Origin: Octopus vulgaris
Lineage: Eukaryota
Reading direction: 5' to 3'
Length of the DNA: 64,000 nucleotides
Assembly: GCA_951406725.2 (NCBI GenBank)
Contig: OX597825.1
Location: 10,106,001 to 10,170,000 of the forward strand
Below the pieces are notes generated by a model. The model was not told where the DNA came from. It made no database searches and saw only the letters and a list, made by a program, of their open reading frames with translations. The position numbers and the translations under genes are program-made. Of this stretch, positions 1 to 12,752 are shown one piece after another. How positions within the stretch are numbered: the stretch's first letter is position 1; each line of letters starts with the position of its first letter.

Positions 1-125
1 TATCTATCTATCTATATATATATATATCTAACTATCTATCTATCTATCTATCTATCTAATTATCTATATATCTATCTAACTAACTATCTATCTATCTATC
101 TCTTTTCTATCTCTCTATCTCTCTA

Positions 126-178
<53 letters not shown>
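1..178. repeat. (TATC)n/(TC)n/(TA)n microsatellite
   Basis: Direct reading. Confidence 0.95.
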
Positions 179-181
<3 letters not shown>

Positions 182-2371
182 TACTCAGTGAATGCTTGTT
201 TAACTTTGTGCTCTAGTCCAACTGAGTGGAGCAATGTTACTAAAATAAAATCTAGACAAAATAGACTAGCAACAACAATAACACTAGTTATATACTTAGC
301 ACCATTAATTATGGTAACAACAGACCCAGCAGTACCACCACCGCCACCACCACCACCACCAGTCACCACCATCACCACTACCTCCACCACTGTCATTACC
401 AGCAGCCAAATTACTTAGTGTTATCTTTATGTAGAGAGTTAGGTAACCTGACACAAATAGGATGTAAGCATTTTTCATTAACAACGCTTATCTTAGGTTA
501 AAGCCAGTACGACAACAGCAGAGTGTGGATGTAGTTCTCTCTGTTGTAGACAATTCTTTGACACTGTATAATTGTGGTGTGTTTCATTAGTGTGTTTTGG
601 TGGGCGAGATCAAAGATAGAAATAAATAATGCACAGACAAGAAGGAAGATGTCGAAACTGAAGAAACAATGCTAAAAGTAATGACAACAGCAAAAGTCTA
701 ACCATTCATTCTTACCATTCCATGCCAGTAATTCAAAGTAGAAGTAAAATGAATAAGAAAAGAACTAACGGAATGCCAACCATTCTTTTAATCTAAAATT
801 TATGTTCTGAGATGTAGTTTGTTGGTATGTGTGACAAAGACACCATATTGTGATGAAAGGTTTATTGTTTTGTGGTGAGTGAAATCTCATGGGTGTTTGT
901 GAGTGAGGGGCTGGGGTCTAAATGGGAACCTTACTCGGCGTTGTGCTTTTGTAGCATGAAGCAAAGCAGGCCTTGCCATCCACTCAAGGAAACACAGAGT
1001 AAATGCGTGTGTCTTATTTCTTTATTACCCACAAGGGGCTAAACATAGAGGACAGTGTCTGTGTGCATGTGTGTGTGTGTGTGTGTTTGTGTGTACCCAC
1101 ACAGACACACACACAGAACAGAGTAGGATTTATGGCCTTGGTAATTTGCATAATTAGAACAAAAATCAGCTAACCAATGAGCTATGTTCTTCAGATACAT
1201 GCCATGAGTGAAGCAAAATAGCTCAAAATGGACAGTGGCATATATCTGTAGAACATAATGCAAATTACCCGTGATGGTGTGAAGGTGACACAATCCTCCC
1301 AGTGGGCAGTTCATGGGAGTTCAACAGTTACAGATTGAAGTGTGTAGTGGGGTTGTGTTGGTGTGTTGGTGTGTGTTTGCATCTGTTGTTGCATGCAATG
1401 TTTGCAGTGATATTTACCTAAACATGAATAGCTAATTTTGACATTATGGGGATTAAAAGATTTATACCTATGGGTTCTTGAGAAATACTTTCTAATTAGT
1501 GTCAGGAAACTTGAGCTCTATAAGAAAAAACTTCTAGGTCTAATGCAATAATAAACCAGTTTATTTTCTCTTTCTAATTCTCTTTGGGTTTGGTGGGTAG
1601 GGATAGGGTGAGTCCTCCAGATACACCACCTCATCAGTGAAGCCACCCTCACCCATGCCTCATTACTGCAGGGCGTGGCCTTGCTGAATATCTCCTAAGT
1701 AATGTGGAGCTGAGTCAAATTTGTTATTAGCTATACATGCATAAATACATACATATACATATATACACACACACACACTTATATACATACACACACATAT
1801 ATATGTAGACACACATATATATACAGACACACACACACATATATATATATATCTATACATATATGTGTGTGCATGTGGAGGTATGTGGCCAAGTGGTCAA
1901 GGTGTTACACCTTATGATCACAAGACTGTGGTTTCAATTCCTGGACTAACATGTGTTCTTGAGCAGAACACTTTATTTCACATTGCTCCAGTCCACTGGT
2001 GAAAATGGAAACTCCTGTGACAGACCAGTATCCCATCCAGAGAAGAATATATGCACCTCAGAATCTGGTCCTGTTTGACTGTGGCCATGCTGGATCACTG
2101 CATTTAGTTGAGCAAATCGATCCCAGGACTTATTCTTTGCAAGCCTAGTACTTATTCTATCAATCTCTTTTGCTGAAGTGAATGTAATGGTTTTTATTAC
2201 TTAAATGTCTTATAAACACCTTTCACGCTGCAATTGTTTTTGTTTCAGCACACGATCTCAGATCAGGTCACTTGCTATGCAAGTATATCTTTTTAATATA
2301 TATATATGAATAATATTATGTTATATTATATATTTATATATATTATACTCTGCTAAATAATTTTAATTCAG

Positions 2372-2451
2372 GTTGCTGAAGACATGTTAACGCTAGCCTA
2401 TGAGAGTGGAATCAACATATTTGATACTGCTGAAGTATATTCAGGTGGCAA
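2372..2451 (+). CDS. KCNAB: Kv-beta (KCNAB/Hyperkinetic-like) coding exon, first visible in window
   Basis: ttcag|GTTGCT...GGCAA|gtaagt; 80 nt; [26 protein letters not shown](K). Matches the Kv-beta2 segment ...TLAYDNGINLFDTAEVY and carries the AKR catalytic Asp and Tyr. Confidence 0.96.
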
Positions 2452-2679
2452 GTAAGTTTCTTTTAATTATTTCTAAATTATGTTTCCTTTTTCTGTGATT
2501 AGATTATATTTTCGTTGTCTTCATTCTGTATTAGGGTCACTACAAGTCTTTATATACGACTAAATTCTTCAGTCGTGTGTTTAAAACTTTCTTTCAGACT
2601 GGAAACAGAACACCACAATATTAACTGTTTGGTTTGATATAAAACAGAAAAATAGATAAAGATGGCTGGTTGAGCTGGC

Positions 2680-3220
2680 TGGATTTTTAAGATGATGGTG
2701 CTGGTGTCACGTAAAAAGCACCTGTAATGGTGACACATAAAAAGTACCCATGCTGGTGCTATGTAAGTGGCACACATCAGAAGTACCCATGCTGGGGTTA
2801 CATAAGAAGTATCCATACTAGTGCCATAATAAAAAGTATCTGTTCTGGTGCCATGATAAAGGAATCAATCCTGGTGTCATGTAAAGAGCACCCATACTGG
2901 TGCCACATAAAAAAGCAGTTGTGCTGGTGCCATGCATAAAAACACCTCTGCTGGCGCCATGTAAAAAGCACCCAGTACACTATCTAAAGTGGTTGGCATT
3001 AGAAAGGGTATCCAGCCATAGAAACCTTTTCAAAATAGACAACTGGGGCCTGGCACAGCTCTTCTGCTGGCTAGCTCCTGCCACACTGCCCAACCCATGC
3101 CAGCATGGAAAACAGATGTTACATTATGATGATGATGACAATGATGATGATGATGATGATAATAATGACGATGATGATGATGATGATGACGATGACGATG
3201 ATGATGATGATGATGATGAC
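2680..3220 (+). mobile_element. Non-autonomous retroposon, family D (tandem ~30-nt GGTGCCA(C/T)GTAAAAAGCAC units, RTE-like 3' end, (GAT)n tail)
   Basis: Shared core GGTTGGC.TTAG.AAGGG.ATCCAGC...CCAACCCATGC.AGCATGGAAA then (GAT)n. Other copies at ~5155-5432(+), 20573-21030(-), 21310-21765(+), 28555-28698(-), 29865-30500(+), 32293-32575(-), 43143-43478(-), 61095-61376(+). Confidence 0.75.
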
Positions 3221-3775
3221 AGTTTCAAATTATGTACATCATCAGTAGCGCTTCATGTTAATTATCAGCTGCCAAACATCAATCTAGGTAACACTGTTTA
3301 TTTTGATAACCTATTAAAATTCTTTGAAAGCTATTACGAATCTGTAAACATTTAGTTTAGCCATGGAAATTTTGTTTTAAAAGCGAAATTAATATGAACA
3401 GTTGATCACTAGATAGATGATTATGAGTTCTGAGATTCCTTATGCTCAAAAGTATGTTTTTACCAAGTGATGGCAACTATTTGGTAATCCTCAAAAAAAA
3501 TCAGAAAAATATTGCTTCAAGTTCCAATTTAGCTAATTAAGGGGTTGGCATTAAAAAAGAAACGGATTTTCAGCGTGATATCTATCCATTTAAGTGACCC
3601 TTTTTTTAATAGTTTAGCTGAAGAAGGAAGTGTCCATGATCTTTTTCTGGAGCTTCTAAGATAGGTAGGTAAAGGTTATTTATGAGGTAGGGGCTGCCTG
3701 AATGCTTACGGCAGCAGAGGCTCTGCTAACAGCCCCAAATAACCAGGGGACTGTATTCTTACCTTCCAGCCCCAT

Positions 3776-4178
3776 ACTCTTTTACTTGTTTCAGTCATTT
3801 GACTGTAGCCATGCTGGAGCACCGCCTTTAGTCGAGCATATCGACCCAAGGACTTATTCTTTGTAAGTCTAGTACTTATTCTATCAGTCTCTTTTGCTGA
3901 ACTGCTAAGTTACAGGGATGTAAACACACCAGCATCAGTTGTCAAGCAATATTGGGGGGACAAACACAGACACATAAACATATACACACACATATATATA
4001 AATATATATACATATATACGACGGGCTTCTTCCAGTTTCCGTCTACCAAATCCACTCACAAGGCGTTGGTTGGCCTGAGGCTATAGTAGAAGACACTTGC
4101 CCAAGGTGCCACGCAGTGGGACTGAACCCGGAACCATGTGGTTGGTAAGCAAGCTACTTACCACACAGCCACTCCTGC
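3776..4178 (-). mobile_element. tRNA-derived SINE, family A (CORE-like CCTTGGGCAAGT segment)
   Basis: Reverse complement of the copy at 4338-4742. Pol III A/B-box-like head, internal (TA/TG)n, (GAGTAAAA)n tail. Confidence 0.85.
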
Positions 4179-4183
4179 ATATA

Positions 4184-4828
4184 CAGTAAACCTTCGCCAT
4201 ATTGTGGTTCACCTATCGCAGTTTATTATTTAAGCTTAGATCAATTCCTCTGTGGTGTTGTTTTGCATATATAATAAAATAAATATATGCAAATTGTAAA
4301 AATAAGTTTTGAAAAATATACAGTACAGAAAAATATAGGCGCAGGAGTGGCTGTGTGGTAAGTAGCTAGTTTACCAGCCACATGGTTCCGGGTTCAATCC
4401 CACTGCATGGCATCTTGGGCAAGTGCCTTCTGCTATAGCCCCGGGCCGACCAATGCCTTGTGAGTAGACGGAAACTGAAAGAAGCCTGTCGTATATATAT
4501 ATATATGTATGCGTGTGTTTGTGTGTCTGTGTTTGTCCCCCATAGCATTGCTTGACAACCGATGCTGGTGTGTTTACGTCCCCGTCACTTAGCGGTTCAG
4601 CAAAAAGAGACCGAAAGAATAAGTACTGGGCTTACAAAAGAATAAGTCCCGGGGTCGATTTGCTCGACTAAAGGCGGTGCTCCAGCATGGCCGCAGTCAA
4701 ATGACTGAAACAAGTAAAAGAGTAAAAGAGTAAAAGAGAGAGTACAGTACTGTTTCTACTTTGTGGATTTTCAACTGTCATTAGTGGTGGGGGGGAATAT
4801 AGCCCCCACGATAGTTGAGGGATTTCTG
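4184..4828. mobile_element. Tigger/pogo-like MITE interrupted by the family A SINE
   Basis: TA-CAGTAAACCTTCG ... TGAGGGATTTCTG-TA imperfect terminal inverted repeats, TA flanks. Confidence 0.5.
4338..4742 (+). mobile_element. tRNA-derived SINE, family A
   Basis: GGCGCAGGAGTGGCTGTGTGGTAAG...GGTTCAATCCC...CTTGGGCAAGTG...GACTGAAACAAGTAAAAGAG. Further copies at ~11844-12290, 16562-16828, 17743-18156(-), 19313-19670, 19681-20100, 24128-24541(-), 33723-33990(-), 40240-40625, 51050-51450(-), 52058-52446, 53448-53833, 60843-61552(-), 61939-62490. Confidence 0.85.
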
Positions 4829-5489
4829 TATTTCTGGGCCAAATTTTATCTGTGATCTATTGGGGACTGCTCAACAGAAATACTGCTGAAGTAATCATTG
4901 TCTTTATTGGAAACTATAATGTTGGACAAGTGGCAGCATTCCATCACCATTGGAACCAAATTCTTCAAAGCACCAGAAAAGAAAAGGAAGAAAACAAATG
5001 ACAGGAGAGAAAGGCTTGGCAAAATCAAGCTTGTCCTTTGCCAACATTGGCTTGCAGTCAATGCCATCCATTCTTCTAAGCAAGAAATGGTCTACAGAAT
5101 CATCAGTGTTATTACCCTAAAGGAAGATTCAGTAAAGAAGAAACCAGATTCTTGAATTGCCAGCCTCGCCTGGCCCCCGTGCCGGTGGCACGTAAAAAGC
5201 ACCATCCGTCTGTGGCCGTTTGCCAGCTCCGTCTGGCACCTATGTGGGTGGCACGTAAAAAGCACCCACTACACTCACGGAGTGGTTGGCGTTAGGAAGG
5301 GCATCCAGCCGTAGAAACACTGCCAAATCAGACTGGGCCTGATGCAGCCTTCTGGCTTCACAGACCCCAGTTGAACCGTCCAACCCATGCTAGCATGGAA
5401 AGCGGATGCTAAATGATGATGATGATGATGATGCCGCCAATGATGACTAACAATGCCATTTTACTAGTGACTATGCTTATTTGCTAGTA

Positions 5490-5885
5490 AGGCAGTGAGC
5501 TGCCAGAAATGTCAGCACGCCGAGCGAAATGTGTAGCCATATTTCGTCTACCATTGGGTTCTGAGTTCAAATTCCGCCAAGGTCAACTTTCTTTCAGGGT
5601 CGATAAATTAAGTACCAGTTTCGCACTGGGGTCGATATAATCGACTTAATCTGTTTGTCTGTCCTTGTTTGTCCTTGTTTGTCCTCTCTGTGTTTAGCTC
5701 CTTGTGGGTAGTAAAGAAATAGATATTTCATCCGTCACTGCGTTCTGAGTTCAAATTCCACTAAGGTCGACTTTGCCTTTCATCCTTTTGAGGTCGATAA
5801 ATTAAGTAACAGTTGCATACTGGGGTCAATCTAATCGACTGGCCCCCTTTCCCAAAAAATTTCAGGTCTTGTGCCTAGAGTAGAA
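5490..5885 (+). mobile_element. SINE family B (Nin/Deu-domain-like GCCTTTCATCCTTTCGGGGTCGATAAATTAAGTACCAG)
   Basis: Many copies: ~9310-9890, 15640-16220, 16238-16450, 22013-22390(-), 31040-31318(-), 35419-35647(-), 36393-36795(-), 38676-39160, 45633-46070, 46890-47345, 63732-64000. Confidence 0.8.
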
Positions 5886-6022
5886 AAAAAAATACCTATT
5901 TACTAGTGCCAATTTATATTTTTCAAAATTATGAAATAATTCAAACTAAATATTAGCCAAAAAAAAAAAAAAACAAAAAAAAAATACTAATTTACATAAC
6001 AAACATCTGTTCTTTTTTTCAG

Positions 6023-6067
6023 GGCTGAAATATCTTTAGGCAAAATTCTGAAAAAGAAAAACTGGAG
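6023..6067 (+). CDS. KCNAB: Kv-beta coding exon 2 (in window)
   Basis: tttttcag|G...TGGAG|gtaagg; 45 nt, phase 2-2; (K)AEISLGKILKKKNW(R). Confidence 0.95.
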
Positions 6068-6395
6068 GTAAGGAACTTTCTTTCACTTCCTTTTTGTCCG
6101 AGAAAGTTTGGCATTATCTACATTAAATGCATATACAGCTACATAGATCTCTCTCTCTCTCTCTGTCCCTCTCTCTCTCTCTCTGTCCCTCTCTCTCTCT
6201 CTCTACCTTTCTCTATCTCTCTCTCACTTTCTCTCTCTCTCTATCTCTCTATCTCTCTCTCTCTCTCTCAGCTATCCATTACAGTATTAGCCCTTTTCAT
6301 CTGTCCTAATTATTGGGGAAGGAAACTGGGTGCAATTTCTCTGAGGAGCAGTCAGCAAGAAGCGTCCCGTCAGGAGACTCCTTTCACACACACTC

Positions 6396-6439
<44 letters not shown>

Positions 6440-6577
6440 ATATATATATGCTGATACCATAATGTAATATCACCTTGCAATACGATATTCTTTAACTCTA
6501 GTTTAGTTATTAAGTTATTCGGGTAATACTTTTTTTGCTCTAACAAATATTAATACATACTTAAAATTTTACATCCT

Positions 6578-6620
<43 letters not shown>

Positions 6621-6716
6621 ATGTATGTATATATATGTGTGCATGTATGTATGTATAAATACATGTATATATATACATACATATATATATATGCACATAC
6701 ACATTTATATATAATT

Positions 6717-6915
6717 GGCGGACGCACGCTGTTGTTGAGTGGTACCCGCGTGAGCGGAAAAGACCACCCGGAAGACCTCCACGACAGTGGAGTGACGATT
6801 TCAAGAGGACGATTGGGATCACGTGGATGATAAAGGTGTGATCCAGAGAGGAGTGGACAGCGTGCTGTGACCAGTGGTGTCAAATGGACTGGTCTGTCAA
6901 AGTGATCAAAGTGAG
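6717..6915 (+). mobile_element. RTE-clade LINE 3' fragment
   Basis: Translates to ...EWYPRERKRPPGRPPRQWSDDFKRTIGITWM..*SREEW, the typical RTE C-terminal W.PR..KR..GRP...W.DD motif; contains a stop. Confidence 0.75.
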
Positions 6916-7012
6916 TGATATAAATATGCATATATATATTTATATATGTATGCATATATATTATATATGTTCATATATATATATACATATGTACGTATAT
7001 ATAGATGTTTAA

Positions 7013-7043
<31 letters not shown>

Positions 7044-7084
7044 CATATATATATGTGTGTGTGTGTATGTGTATATATGTATAT

Positions 7085-7466
7085 GGAAGCACTCCATCGG
7101 TTACAGCGACGAGGGTTCCGGTTGATCCGATCAACGGAACAGCCTGCTCGTGAAATTAACATGTAAGTGGCTGAGCATTCCACAGACACGTGTACCCTTA
7201 ACGTAGTTCTCGGGGATATTCAGCATGACACAGAGAGTGACAAGGCCGGCCCTTTGAAATACAGGTACAACAGAAACAGGAAGTAAGAGTGAGAGAAAGT
7301 TGTGGTGAAAGAGTACAGCAGGGATCACCACCATCCCCTGCCGGAGCCTCGTGGAGCTTTACGTGTTTTCGCTCAATAAACACTCACGACGCTCGGTCTG
7401 GGAATCGAAACTGCGATCCTACGACCGCGAGTCCGCTGCCCTAACCACTGGGCCATTGCGCCTCCA
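7085..7466 (-). mobile_element. tRNA-derived SINE, family C
   Basis: Head GTGGAGGCGCAATGGCCCAGTGGTTAGGGCAGCGGACTCGCGGTCG...GTTTCGATTCC. Related heads at ~1875, 10159-10458, 39646-39720, 39837-40140, 42040-42362(-), 55876-56207(-), 59940-60181(-), joined to different bodies. Confidence 0.8.
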
Positions 7467-7565
7467 CATATGTATATATACATGTATAGTTGTGTGTGTG
7501 TGTGTGTACACTTACCCATGTAATCTGACACATTCATCTATTTATGTATATTTGTTTTTTTCTAG

Positions 7566-7610
7566 ACGTTCCAGTTATATTATATCAACCAAGATTCATT
7601 GGAGTGCCAA
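7566..7610 (+). CDS. KCNAB: Kv-beta coding exon 3
   Basis: tttctag|A...GCCAA|gtaagt; 45 nt; (R)RSSYIISTKIHWSA(N), containing the catalytic Lys (STK). Confidence 0.95.
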
Positions 7611-8240
7611 GTAAGTAATTAGCTAGGGAGAAATATATTTTATTATCTAAACGATAATTACATTGACAGCTGTTAGCATTGATGAGAATAATAAAGATGT
7701 TGATGTTGAAGATGATGATGATGATGATGATTTATAACAAGACGGTCTCAGGAGCATGGCTGTGTGTTAAAGAAGCTTGCTTGTGACCCTTGGTTTCAGG
7801 TTCAGTCTGAGTGTGCAGCCCTTGGAGCAAGGGTCATCTACTATGAGCCCCAGGCTGACCAATGCCTTGTGAGTGAAGCTGGTAGATGGAAACTGTGTGG
7901 AAGCCCATTGTGTTCGTGTGCGTGTGTGGTGTGTTTTGTGTTTGTGTTTTGTCCTCCACTGCATCTTCACAACTGTTGTTGGTTTGTTTACATCCCCGAA
8001 ACTTTGTGGTTCAGCAAAAGGGGCTGGCAGAATAAGTAAGAGACTTTCAAAATAAGTACCTGGTTTGGGCTGCAATCCAATGACTGAAACTAATCAGAAA
8101 TTGAAAGCCCTTTAACTGGTATGAAGTGTGTCCCTGGCCCTTGGATTAAATCTCAAGTTCCTGATTCCATGAGTTGTGCAGAAAACAGTGGAAAGAAATA
8201 CAAGAAAAAGGGCCTTCAATGATTTGCAACACTTTATTCA

Positions 8241-8674
8241 GCCATCCAAGAATTTGGACCAGGAGATCTCCATTTCCAGCGACTTCGAGGGCCACTTCCC
8301 AGTGGCGTCGGACGTCAACGAAGAGCCCTCGACTACAACAAAATGACCAAAGTTTTTTTTTTCCAAGGTCTGGGGTCTCCCGCCCCTAAGCCCTAGACCA
8401 TCACCTAATCACCCTTACCCGTCTTATTGCTTAACAACAACAACAACAACACACACACACACACACAGTCGTTCAAGAATTTGGACCTGGAGATCTCCAT
8501 TTCCAGCGACTTCGAGGGCCACCTCCCAGTGGTGTCGGACGTCAACGAAGAGCCCTCGACTACAACAAAATGACCAAAGTTGTTTTTTTTCCAAGGTCTG
8601 GGGTCTCCTGCCCCTAAGCCCTAGACCATCACCTAATCGCCCTTACCCGTCTTGTTGCTTAACAACAACAACAA
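8241..8674 (+). mobile_element. Head-to-tail dimer of a ~210-nt retroposon with (CAA)n tail
   Basis: Two near-identical units flanked by the direct repeat CAACACTTTATTCA (8227-8240, 8675-8688). A monomer lies inverted at ~35675-35856. Confidence 0.75.
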
Positions 8675-8848
8675 CAACACTTTATTCATCTGCTAAATAA
8701 GTTTGTACAAGGAATCAGTTGGATACGTCTTGAAGATAACATTCTGTAGAAAATATACACAGTCTACTTCTCAGCTTAGTCAAGATTTGGTTATAAGTGC
8801 TTGGCAAACAGGAACAAAATGATGTGGCATAGCTTCCTGGTAGTCTCC

Positions 8849-8892
<44 letters not shown>

Positions 8893-10625
8893 TTCCCACC
8901 GCACTGGTGAAAGCAGGAAAAATTCTTTTATTTATTGATAATCAGAAGCTCAAAATGACATTGGATTTTGTTGTGCTGGTTGGTCTACCATACAATGTGA
9001 TTAGATTCAAAACTGTATCCCGCGTGAAAGTAGACCAAACCAAGAAATGGACTTGGTCAAGTATTACACCATCACATGACCAGTTTATGTGACCAATTGT
9101 TAGGAACATGACCAGTTTATGTGACCATGCAGGACGAGCCAATTTCTGACTATTTAAGCCTAAACGATGCAACAATTTATGACAATAGTCTCACTCTACA
9201 ACAAAAACAGCACATTGAACCTATTACTAAAACAAGGCCCTGTAACAGTTCAGCATGAGATAGGGTTGAATCACCAGATTTACCATTCTAGTTACACCAT
9301 AAATCTACCAGGCAGCGAGCTGGCAGAAACGTTAGCACGCCGGGTGAAATGCTTAGCGGTATTTCATCTGTCTTTACATTCTGAGTTCAAATTCCACCGA
9401 GATCGACTTTGCCCTACATCCTTTCAGGGTTGATTAAATAAGTACCAGTTACGCACTGGGGTCGATTTAATCGACTTAAACCATTTGTCTATCCTTGTTT
9501 GTCCCCTCTGTGTTTAGCCCCTTGTGGGTAGTAAAGAAATAGGTATTTCGTCTGCTGCTACCTTCTGAGTTCAAATTCCGCCAAGGTCGACTTTGCCTTT
9601 CATCCTTTCGGGGTCGATTAAATAAGTACCAGTCGCGCACTGGGGTCGATATAATCGACTTAATCCATTTGTTGTCCTTGTTTGTCCTCTCTGTGTTTAG
9701 CCCCTTGTGTTTAGTAAAGAAATAGGTATTTCGTCTGTCTTTACATTCTAAGTTCAAATTCCACCAAGGTCGACTTTTCCTTTCATCCTTTCAGGGTCGA
9801 TAAATTAAGTACCAGTTACATACTGTGGTCGGTCTAATCGATTGGCCCCCTCCGCCAAAATTTCAGGCCTTGTGCCTAGAGTAGAAAAGACCATAAGTCT
9901 ACAACAGAACTCAAGCATACACTTTGGCATACAATAATTTTATGGGACATCTCATGGCAGCCTGGATATTTCTCCACAGCTCTGATTATTTCTCGCATGC
10001 CTTTTGTTCATGTTGCTGTGGTTTTTGATGTGTTGTTGTTGCTGTTGCTGTTGTTGTTTAACCCCAAGACAATCTTGATCAAGCCTATCTATGATCAAGG
10101 GCTTTTCAGTTGTAACTGTCACTTTTATTTTTTTTTACTCTGAACTACATTATCTTATAGTGGAGGCACATGGCCTAGTGGTTAGAGCAGCGGACTCGCA
10201 GTCAAGGGATTGCAGGTTCAAATCTCAGACCGGGCGAATTGTGTATTTATGAGTGAAACACCTGAGCTACAAGCAGCTCTGGCAGAAGATAATAGCGAAC
10301 TTCTGCTGACCCTTTCGCCACAACTTTCTCTCACTCTTTCCTCCTGCATCTTGCAGCTCACCAGACTGGCATCCCATCCATGTGGGGAACCTATACGCCA
10401 AGGAAACTGGGAAACCAGCCCTTATGAGCCAGGCATGGCTCGAGTAGGAACAAACAAACATTATCTTATGTGCTCCACCTTTTCTTTAGAGAATAAAGTA
10501 TGATTCAAGAAGAGATGTTGTTGTTAATTACAGCAGATCAAACCCCATAAAATTTCCCTCTCATACTCTTTCACACATAATGATATTAAAAGAGTAGTTG
10601 TGGACCCTCCCTTGTGCCAGATTAA

Positions 10626-11073
10626 CCCTTTAGCATTTAATCCATGGAGCCCCACTGTCCTAAAAATAGGACACTAAATGAGAACATTAAATAAGCTATA
10701 TCACATTGCCTCAATGTCCTATTTATAGGACACCAAGTATTTCTACTTCTACTTGAAGTTAAGGAGTTTTAATAATTATTTTTTTCATTTTAACCAATTT
10801 TCAATCATTTGTAAAAATTTAAAAGTAATATTCAGAAATTTAAGTACTCTGGGATTTAATGGGTTAATCTGGCCATATCCGTCCCAGACATTGTATCTGT
10901 TTTTATGTTGAAACAGGACAGATCCAGCTTCTCACTCCTACCCTACAATGCCATTCTAAAAGGGAATATTCACATCTTTGAAATCTTGAAGTTACAAGAT
11001 ATTACATAATTGATTTTTAAAAATGTGGATACATAAGCATTACATGTGATAAATTAATCTGAACGCTAAAGGA
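10626..11073. mobile_element. piggyBac-type MITE with nested TTAA-flanked element (10641-10863)
   Basis: TTAA-CCCTTTAGC...GCTAAAGGA-TTAA; inner TTAA-TCCATGG...TAATGGG-TTAA. Confidence 0.6.
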
Positions 11074-12000
11074 TTAAACTGGCCATACCCAACCTGAGCA
11101 TGTGTGTGTGTGTGCATTTGTCTTTGTGCATGTATGTGTGCATCTGTGAATATATGTGTGTATTTGTCTATGTGTGTGTGCGTGTGTGCATGCATGCGTG
11201 TACATGTGTGTGTGTCTGTGTGTGTGTGCTTGAGTGTGTCTTTGTATTGAAACTACTTGGGCAGCAATGGCCTTATTTATGTTCCCTATAACCAAATCCT
11301 CCCGCACAGACAAGGTCTAAAGTACTTTACTTGAAAAGCAAGTAAATGTTGGAATCAGGACAAGGTGACCCTAGAATTCTTCCTTGCGTCTCCTCCAACA
11401 CAAGAATGCAAAAGAAAAGCAACAAAAGAAAAGCAAACATAAAAACAATGATGACGATGATGACCCTGATGATGCTGATGATGATCATGATGATGGCAAT
11501 CTGCATACGTGTGTGCGTGTGTAATACACTGCTTTACCTTCTTTCCTTCCTTTTCTTCTTCCTCCTCTTCTTTCTTTCCTTATAATTCCCTTCACAGCAA
11601 GCTTTATAGAAACAGTAAATCCCTTGATCCACTTAATATGGTATAACAAGGACAGATCAACTTAATGGAGCCCATTCCTTTCTCCAGTTTGTTGATTGCA
11701 GCTGGAAATCACGCCAGATATGGTCATCGAAGTGGAAACTGAACCTGTATCTTCACTAATGCCATTTTACTGACCCACTTTCACTTACATAATAAAAATG
11801 TGGCTCAGAACTTTCGTCTTGGAAATCCTTTATTGATTATACAGGCGCAGGCATGGCTCTGTAGTAAGAAGTTTGCTTCCCATTCACATGGTTCCAGGTT
11901 CAATCCCACTACATGGAAACTTGGGAAAGTGTCTTCTACTGTAGCTTCAGGCCAATGAAAACGTGAGTGGATTTGGTAGATAAAAACTGAAAGAAGCCCA

Positions 12001-12057
<57 letters not shown>

Positions 12058-12572
12058 TGTTTGTCTCCCACACACTGCTTGACAACAGGTATAGGTGTGT
12101 TTATGTCCCTATAACTTAGTGGTTTGGCAAAAGAGACTAATAGATTAAGAAAGAAAAAAAAACCCAGAAGTACTAGAAAAAAAGAAAAAAACAGAAATAC
12201 TGGAGTCAGTTCTTTTGACAAAAGGTTCTTCATGGAGGTGCCCCAGCATGGCCACAGCCTAACGACTGAAACAAGTAACAGACAAAAAGACAAACAATAC
12301 AATGCTTCCATTTCTTATACTGAAACATTTACTTCTACATAGAACCAGAGAATGACAGAACCAATAAACTAAGCCATCTTTAATTAAACAACCTTACCAG
12401 GAACAGATTGGAACATTTCTGACAGAATTCAGACCATCAATCTTTATACAGTGTTCTATCAATTTGGTCAGTAGTAATTACCCAAATGCTTGTACTTTAA
12501 TATAAATACATAAAACCTGTTTGTTCACATGAAACCAATTATCAATTGTGTTCTTTCTTCTGTTTTCTCCAG

Positions 12573-12619
12573 TCGTGCCGAAACAGAAAAAGGCCTCTCT
12601 CGTAAACATATCATTGAAG
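12573..12619 (+). CDS. KCNAB: Kv-beta coding exon 4
   Basis: ttctccag|T...GAAG|gtagag; 47 nt; (N)RAETEKGLSRKHIIE(G). Confidence 0.95.
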
Positions 12620-12714
12620 GTAGAGAACTGCTTCTTTTACTTTTTTTTATAAACCAATCTCATAATTTTTATGACATAATTTTTTTTAATTAAATCACGT
12701 AGGCCTTTATGTGT

Positions 12715-12752
<38 letters not shown>

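Noticed and set aside
1-2371. Upstream Kv-beta exons (GLGTWVTFG region, N-terminus)
   Set aside because: No matching sequence found; they probably lie before the window.
2690-2975. CRISPR-like repeat-spacer array
   Set aside because: Eukaryotic intron, degenerate units with very short linkers, no cas genes; part of a dispersed retroposon.
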